Below, one piece after another: positions 59,360-64,000 of a stretch of 64,000 nt of DNA. The notes below the pieces were generated by a model. The model was not told where the DNA came from and did not search any database. It saw nothing but the letters and a program-made list of their open reading frames with translations. A program made the position numbers and the translations under genes. How positions within the stretch are numbered: position 1 is the first letter of the stretch; the number at the start of each line of letters is the position of its first letter. The stretch lies in the IMG/VR virus record IMGVR_UViG_3300000062_000001, positions 1 to 64,000 of that record. One strand, 5' to 3'. The DNA comes from a virus.

Positions 59360-61819
59360 ATGGCAAATAAAATAACATATAAAAGTAGAGTAGAGGACTA
59401 TCTTACATTCTCAGGTTTTCCATTAGTTGGGACCAAGGGAATTATATACATAGACAAAGAGCATACTAAAAGTTATTTGTGAAATGGAACAGAATATGTA
59501 AGTGATAGTGGATCAGGAGAAGACCTTGCAGACAGAGTAGAGGCTCTTGAGGAAGTAACTAAGATCCCTATGAGACAGGGAATAGAATATTCAGGGACTT
59601 ATAGTATATATGTACAACTTTATGATGAAGTCAATCCAGATGATCCAGGGGATATTTGAACCCCTGAAGGAAATGATAGCAACCCCGACCCAACACAATA
59701 TGATACTGCATTAAGAACTCTTTATGGAGTAGTTGAATTTTTAAGAAAAAGGGATTTCTTTGGTGCTGCTGTACGAGTAAATTTTTCTGAAGGAGATTAT
59801 ACTAATACTTTTGTAACAGGTACTTCACCTACTTGGTCTTTTGATACAAGTGCGCTTGCTGGCTCTAATATAACGACATTAAATCTACTACCACAGGTTA
59901 TATCTTGAACTAGTGCTGAAAGTACTATTATACAAGGGGCTAGGTCTACATTACAGTCTTTAACCTTGTCTTACAGATACTTGACTGTAAAAAGAGCAAC
60001 TACTACAGGAAATGTGGATGTGTCAAATGGAAGTAGGCTAACATTATCAAATTGTATTATATTATCTGGACCAAACCTTAATATAAGTGGAAGTAGTTCA
60101 TCAATAGAAGTAAATGGATGTAGGTTTTATAGTACTAACCCAATTGTGGTTAATGGTGGAACACTTCTTTTTGTAGGTGCGGCTTCTCAACTTTTAGCTA
60201 CCCCTTATACTCTAGCATCTGGAAGGGCTTTTATAGAATTAACAGATGGCGTCTTGGATATAGGTAATATTGGTTTTAATCCTACTAGTATTTCAAGAGT
60301 TACAGGAAATAAAGTAAACGCACTTGGTAATTCTAGTATTTATGCAACAGGGGATCCTACAGATTTGAATTTACTTCTTAGTAAAATACCTGGAAGTACA
60401 TTAGGTAATTTAGGTTTTGGAAGTTCATTTTTTAATCCCACTGTTATTAATGGATTTTCACAAGATGATACAGACCCTGCGAATCCTTTATTGTTATGAA
60501 ACGGATTACCTGTTACTGGAAATATAGGCTCAGCAGAAATAGCAACAACAACAACAACAGGAATAGTTAAAATAGGAAATGGTTTAGATATAAATATAGA
60601 AGGAAATCTTAGTTCTAAATGATGTCAAGATGAAGAACTTTTATTCATTTCGCAGGATTCAAGAACTCGTAATACATCTGCTTTATATAATAAAAATATA
60701 TACATTCCAATATCTAATACTACTACTCTTGAGATATTTGATACTGTTACAAATACTACAAGAGAGAAAGTGTTATTACAAAACCCTTCTTCTTTAGAAA
60801 CTTGTGTTATTGGGAATGGTAATTTATATATACCAAATCAAATTTCTTCCCCTAGGTCAATTGAGATATTCAATTTAACACAAGAAACATCTCGGGTAGT
60901 TAATGTTCCCACAATGCCTATTAATTTAAAGTGTTCATTAATATATGATGATAATTTATATCTTTTAGGAGATCGAACTCATTTAACAATATTTAATCTT
61001 ACTTCTGAAACTAGTAGAGATGTAACTTATTCAGCTGGTGGACATCGCTCTTTCTGTAAAATTATTGGAACTAAATTATATGCATTTGAAACAGTTAACC
61101 CAAGTGTGGATATTTTTGATCTTGTAACAGAGACAACAGAAACTGTAGCATTGCAGGGATCGGGCACTATTAAAACAGGAGATGCTTATGAGGATAAGTT
61201 TTATATTGTTCGGAACAATAGTACTCAAATAGAAATATTTGATATAAATACTAAAACTTCTAGACTTTTACCAATACTAGTAAGTAGTCAATATAATTCT
61301 GTAGTAGTATACAAAGGTAAATTATATGTGTACCCTGTATTTGTAGTAAATGGGTTACAAATAATTGATTTACATTCTGAGACTAAGAAGACAATACCAA
61401 TAACAGGAACTTTAACAGCTAATACAGTACAAGCATTAAATAATAAGATATACTCTTTTGGGACAAATGTGAATGTGTACACATTAGAAGGAGCCTTTTT
61501 TACAGAGGACACTAATTCAGTTAAATCTACAGGAAATGGAATGCCTGGTAGTCCTTTAAAGATTGAGTTGGCCCCTCATGTATTTAAGCCTATGATTGTT
61601 GATTTGACAAGTCAATTAGATGGTGTGTTGGAAACTTTTGTAATACCTTCTTTTATTACTTCTGATATGTATAAAGCTTTGTGATATCATGGTAGTAGAT
61701 TAAAAGAGAATGGTCAGTATACTATAAATTATATTAATCATGAATTAACTACTTTAATGCCTAATGCACCCGTGGCATCTGCTGGTGCAGGGCTTGAACT
61801 AGAAGTTTGAACATGGTAA
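59360..61819 (+). CDS. large tail fibre/receptor-binding protein, 819 aa with 7 in-frame TGA
   Basis: Track ORFs 59966 and 60770 share the frame of ATG 59360. Beta-helix-like region, a TTTTTGIVKIGNGL motif, then six ~47-aa repeats of the type IEIFD..T.TSR.V. Confidence 0.65.
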
Positions 61820-61837
61820 TCTACTAAATCATATAAT

Positions 61838-62200
61838 ATGTTAGAATCATTATTAACATCCTTGGTTCCTGCTGTAATATTATCTGTAGTCACTTTTATG
61901 ACCACTAAAAGAAAATATCAAGCTGAATCTAAGGGACTAGAAAAAGTAAATGATGATCTATCTCAGGAAATATACAGAAAGCTTCTTGATGACGTAAATA
62001 ATAGAATTGAGAAGCTTACTACTGAGATGAGATTAAATGAACAACATTATTTGGCCAGAGAGGTTGAATATAAAAACACTATTAAAGCAGCGAATGAAAA
62101 AATCAATGCTTTAGAGAGTAAAATAAACAGACTTACAAGACACGTATGTTTAGTATCCACATGTGCAGATAGAGTATATTTTGATGAAATGTCTGATTAG
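61838..62200 (+). CDS. membrane-anchored coiled-coil protein (spanin- or holin-like, by position)
   Basis: N-terminal TM helix LVPAVILSVVTFM followed by a coiled coil. First gene of the putative lysis cassette. Confidence 0.45.
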   Translation: MLESLLTSLVPAVILSVVTFMTTKRKYQAESKGLEKVNDDLSQEIYRKLLDDVNNRIEKLTTEMRLNEQHYLAREVEYKNTIKAANEKINALESKINRLTRHVCLVSTCADRVYFDEMSD

Positions 62201-62202
62201 TT

Positions 62203-62823
62203 ATGAAAAGTATAGGAACATATATCATTCTATTTGCTACAGTGTGAGCAATAGGATGTACAGCTTACTTTAGAAATAAAGTTAAAAAGAACACTGCTCA
62301 AATAGAAATTTTAGTAAATAATAATAAGGCTTATGAGCTGGAAAATTTGAATTTATCATCAGAAAAAGGGATTTACAAAATGACTATTGATGAACTTAGT
62401 CAGAGTAGAGATAGTATTGTTAATCTCCTTGACCAAACAAGAAAAGAACTTGGTATCAAAAACAATGAACTTAACTTAGCTCTATCTTTTAAAACTGTTA
62501 TAAAAGAAACTAGAGTTGATACTGTGACTTTTATGGTAAGAGACTCTATTTCTACATGTGATTTTGATCAATTAATAGTATTTAATGATTACACAAGATT
62601 AAATATATCTTTAAGAAATAATATAGTTAAAGCTGATTTGGACTTGTCTGACAGATATCAATTGTTTGACTACTCTACTAGAGAGTGAAAGGAGCCTAAA
62701 TTTATGAAAAGACTTATTAAATTTAAATGGGGTAAATATACTATAGATAAAGTTGAGCTTGTTAATGACAACGATCTAAATAAGATATTAGATTTAAAAG
62801 TAATTAAAATAATAGATAAATAG
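62203..62823 (+). CDS. putative lipoprotein (outer spanin-like, by position), 206 aa with 2 in-frame TGA
   Basis: Signal peptide IILFATV-W-AIGC has a lipobox, and one TGA lies inside the signal peptide. Track ORF 62347..62688 is internal. Confidence 0.45.
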
Positions 62824-62824
62824 T

Positions 62825-63238
62825 ATGCAACTTAGTAAGAATTTTTCTTTATCTGAAATGGTTTATTCAGAAGTGGCAAAAAAGAAAGGTATAGATAATA
62901 CTCCTTCTCCACAAATAATTGATAATTTAAAAAAACTTTGTGAAGAATGTTTACAACCAGTAAGAGATAAACTAAAGAAACCTATTACTATTAATAGTGG
63001 TTATAGGTGCTCTGCCCTTAATAAAGCTGTTGGGGGGGCTAGTAGTAGTCAACATGTTTTGGGAGAAGCTGTAGACATTACTGTGGGTACTAAAACTGCG
63101 AATGAAGACTTGTTTACTTTAATAGTAAAAGATAAATCTATAACATTTGATCAACTTATAGATGAGAGTAATTATAGTTGATTGCATTTATCATACAAAA
63201 ACAAGAATAATAGACGACAAGTATTACATTTAAAATAA
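62825..63238 (+). CDS. peptidase M15 family endolysin, 137 aa with 1 in-frame TGA
   Basis: SGYRCSALNKAVGGASSSQHVLGEAVDI (the SGYR...GG..SQH..G.A.D zinc-peptidase signature). Continues through TGA 63179 to W-LHLSYKNKNNRRQVLHLK. Confidence 0.8.
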
Positions 63239-63350
63239 TAAACAGCTATAATATAAAAGTAAACTACATTATACTTTTATTAATACATATTGTATTATAG
63301 AATATTTTAAGTTACTTTGTAATAATTTTTAATTAAAGGGAGAAATAATT

Positions 63351-64000
63351 ATGGATGGAATAACACTAGATAATATTACAGAGGAATCTGCGGATTCCCT
63401 GGATTTATTTTCTGGTAAATTAGGTGATTTGAAATTACTGAGTTTATCAGAAGAAGATGATGACCTTATAGAAGGTACAATACACACAAATACACAAGAT
63501 AAAGACGAGAGTCAAAAAGATAGCTCTGTTGATGTTGCTAATAAGTCTAAAGATTTGGATGATAAGCAGCAGGAGAAAGTAGATGGAGGAGAAAATCAAG
63601 TAGGGGGTGCTGATTCAAATAATCAAAGCGTTTCTCCCAATCTCTATTCTTCCATTGCTAAAGATTTAATAGAAGAAGGCATCCTTACGCTTGATGATGT
63701 AGAAGTAGATAAAATTGATAGTCCTGATAAGTTAGCTGCTGTGTTTAAACAACAAGTAGAAAACTTATTAGATGATAGGCAAAAGAGAGTTTTAGAGGCT
63801 TTAGATAATAAAGTTCCTGTAGATTTAGTTAAACAATATGAAAATATTATTAGTAATCTTTCTAATATTACAGATGAACAACTTACAGAAGAATCTAATA
63901 TAGCTCTCAGAAAAGATGTTATATACAATGATTTGATTACAAGAGGTTTTTCAGAAGAAAGGGCTAAAAGAGAGATTAAAAAATCTATAGATAGTGGTTC
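63351..64000 (+). CDS. acidic late protein, 3'-truncated by the window edge
   Basis: ATG 63351, open to the window end (216 codons). It is absent from the track because it has no stop. The antisense track ORF 63644..63928 is its shadow. Confidence 0.55.
   Translation, partial: MDGITLDNITEESADSLDLFSGKLGDLKLLSLSEEDDDLIEGTIHTNTQDKDESQKDSSVDVANKSKDLDDKQQEKVDGGENQVGGADSNNQSVSPNLYSSIAKDLIEEGILTLDDVEVDKIDSPDKLAAVFKQQVENLLDDRQKRVLEALDNKVPVDLVKQYENIISNLSNITDEQLTEESNIALRKDVIYNDLITRGFSEERAKREIKKSIDSG

Noticed and set aside
144-63928. Many track ORFs antisense to, or out of frame within, longer genes. Examples: 144..548, 439..633, 803..1027, 4101..4310, 7149..7361, 7375..7605, 11065..11343, 11739..11996, 14460..14663, 15855..16106, 18739..18930, 19099..19350, 20156..20341, 20967..21158, 24086..24268, 27499..27846, 28480..28665, 29989..30171, 33275..33487, 35099..35293, 37403..37630, 38170..38367, 46465..46731, 49650..49850, 49916..50140, 51379..51579, 51958..52215, 53485..53682, 54379..54564, 55137..55328, 55420..55629, 56157..56357, 61288..61512 and 63644..63928.
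   Set aside because: They lie entirely inside better-supported genes on the other strand or in another frame. They have hydrophobic, low-complexity composition typical of shadow ORFs in AT-rich DNA and break the co-oriented gene trains.
1-64000. The TGA-as-Trp pattern might simply reflect a host that uses genetic code 4 (Mollicutes-like).
   Set aside because: If the host used code 4, the early genes should also use TGA for Trp. About 41 kb of minus-strand coding sequence has no in-frame TGA, uses TGG throughout and terminates five genes on TGA. The reassignment is therefore module-specific and supplied by the phage tRNA.
1-64000. CRISPR arrays, rRNA genes, integrase, transposase or attachment sites.
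   Set aside because: By eye I found no regularly spaced direct repeats, no rRNA-like segments, and no recombinase or transposase motifs in any ORF.

Overview
AT-rich, tightly packed dsDNA phage segment. Its gene content and layout resemble crAss-like or other Bacteroidota-infecting podophages, but that assignment is inference only. There are three blocks. (i) nt 1-1926 is the tail end of a plus-strand late block. (ii) nt 1927-43363 holds about 75 co-oriented minus-strand early/middle genes for replication, recombination and nucleotide metabolism. These include a family A DNA polymerase, class II RNR, ThyX, a dNMP kinase, a DnaG-like primase, DnaB-like and SF2 helicases, a T7 endonuclease I-like resolvase, and a Pnk-like kinase plus metallophosphoesterase plus RNA ligase. 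(iii) nt 44405-64000 is a plus-strand middle/late block with tRNAs, TerL, portal, tail-fibre paralogues and a lysis cassette. Main observations follow. (1) The plus-strand late genes are readable only if TGA is a sense codon (probably Trp). I counted about 54 in-frame TGA by hand, and all real stops are TAA or TAG. The minus-strand block has no in-frame TGA and uses TGA as a stop. (2) A tRNA with anticodon UCA (45305-45375) lies just upstream of the first recoded gene. tRNA-Arg(UCU) and a tRNA with anticodon CAU are also present. (3) A 368-nt tmRNA-like gene (35321-35688, minus) has a G3:U70 acceptor stem, a canonical T-arm and a tag frame ending ...AYRLAA TAG TAG. (4) Two group I introns with textbook P/Q/R/S core elements interrupt nrdJ and the DnaB-like helicase. 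They carry an HNH and a LAGLIDADG homing endonuclease respectively, and their splice sites can be set from P1/P10 pairings. (5) thyX is broken in two by a third HNH gene. (6) Three unusually long ORF-free tracts remain only partly explained: 35.7-36.1 kb, 39.0-39.95 kb and 43.4-44.4 kb. Everything was derived by eye from the sequence and the ORF track. No database search or folding program was run.
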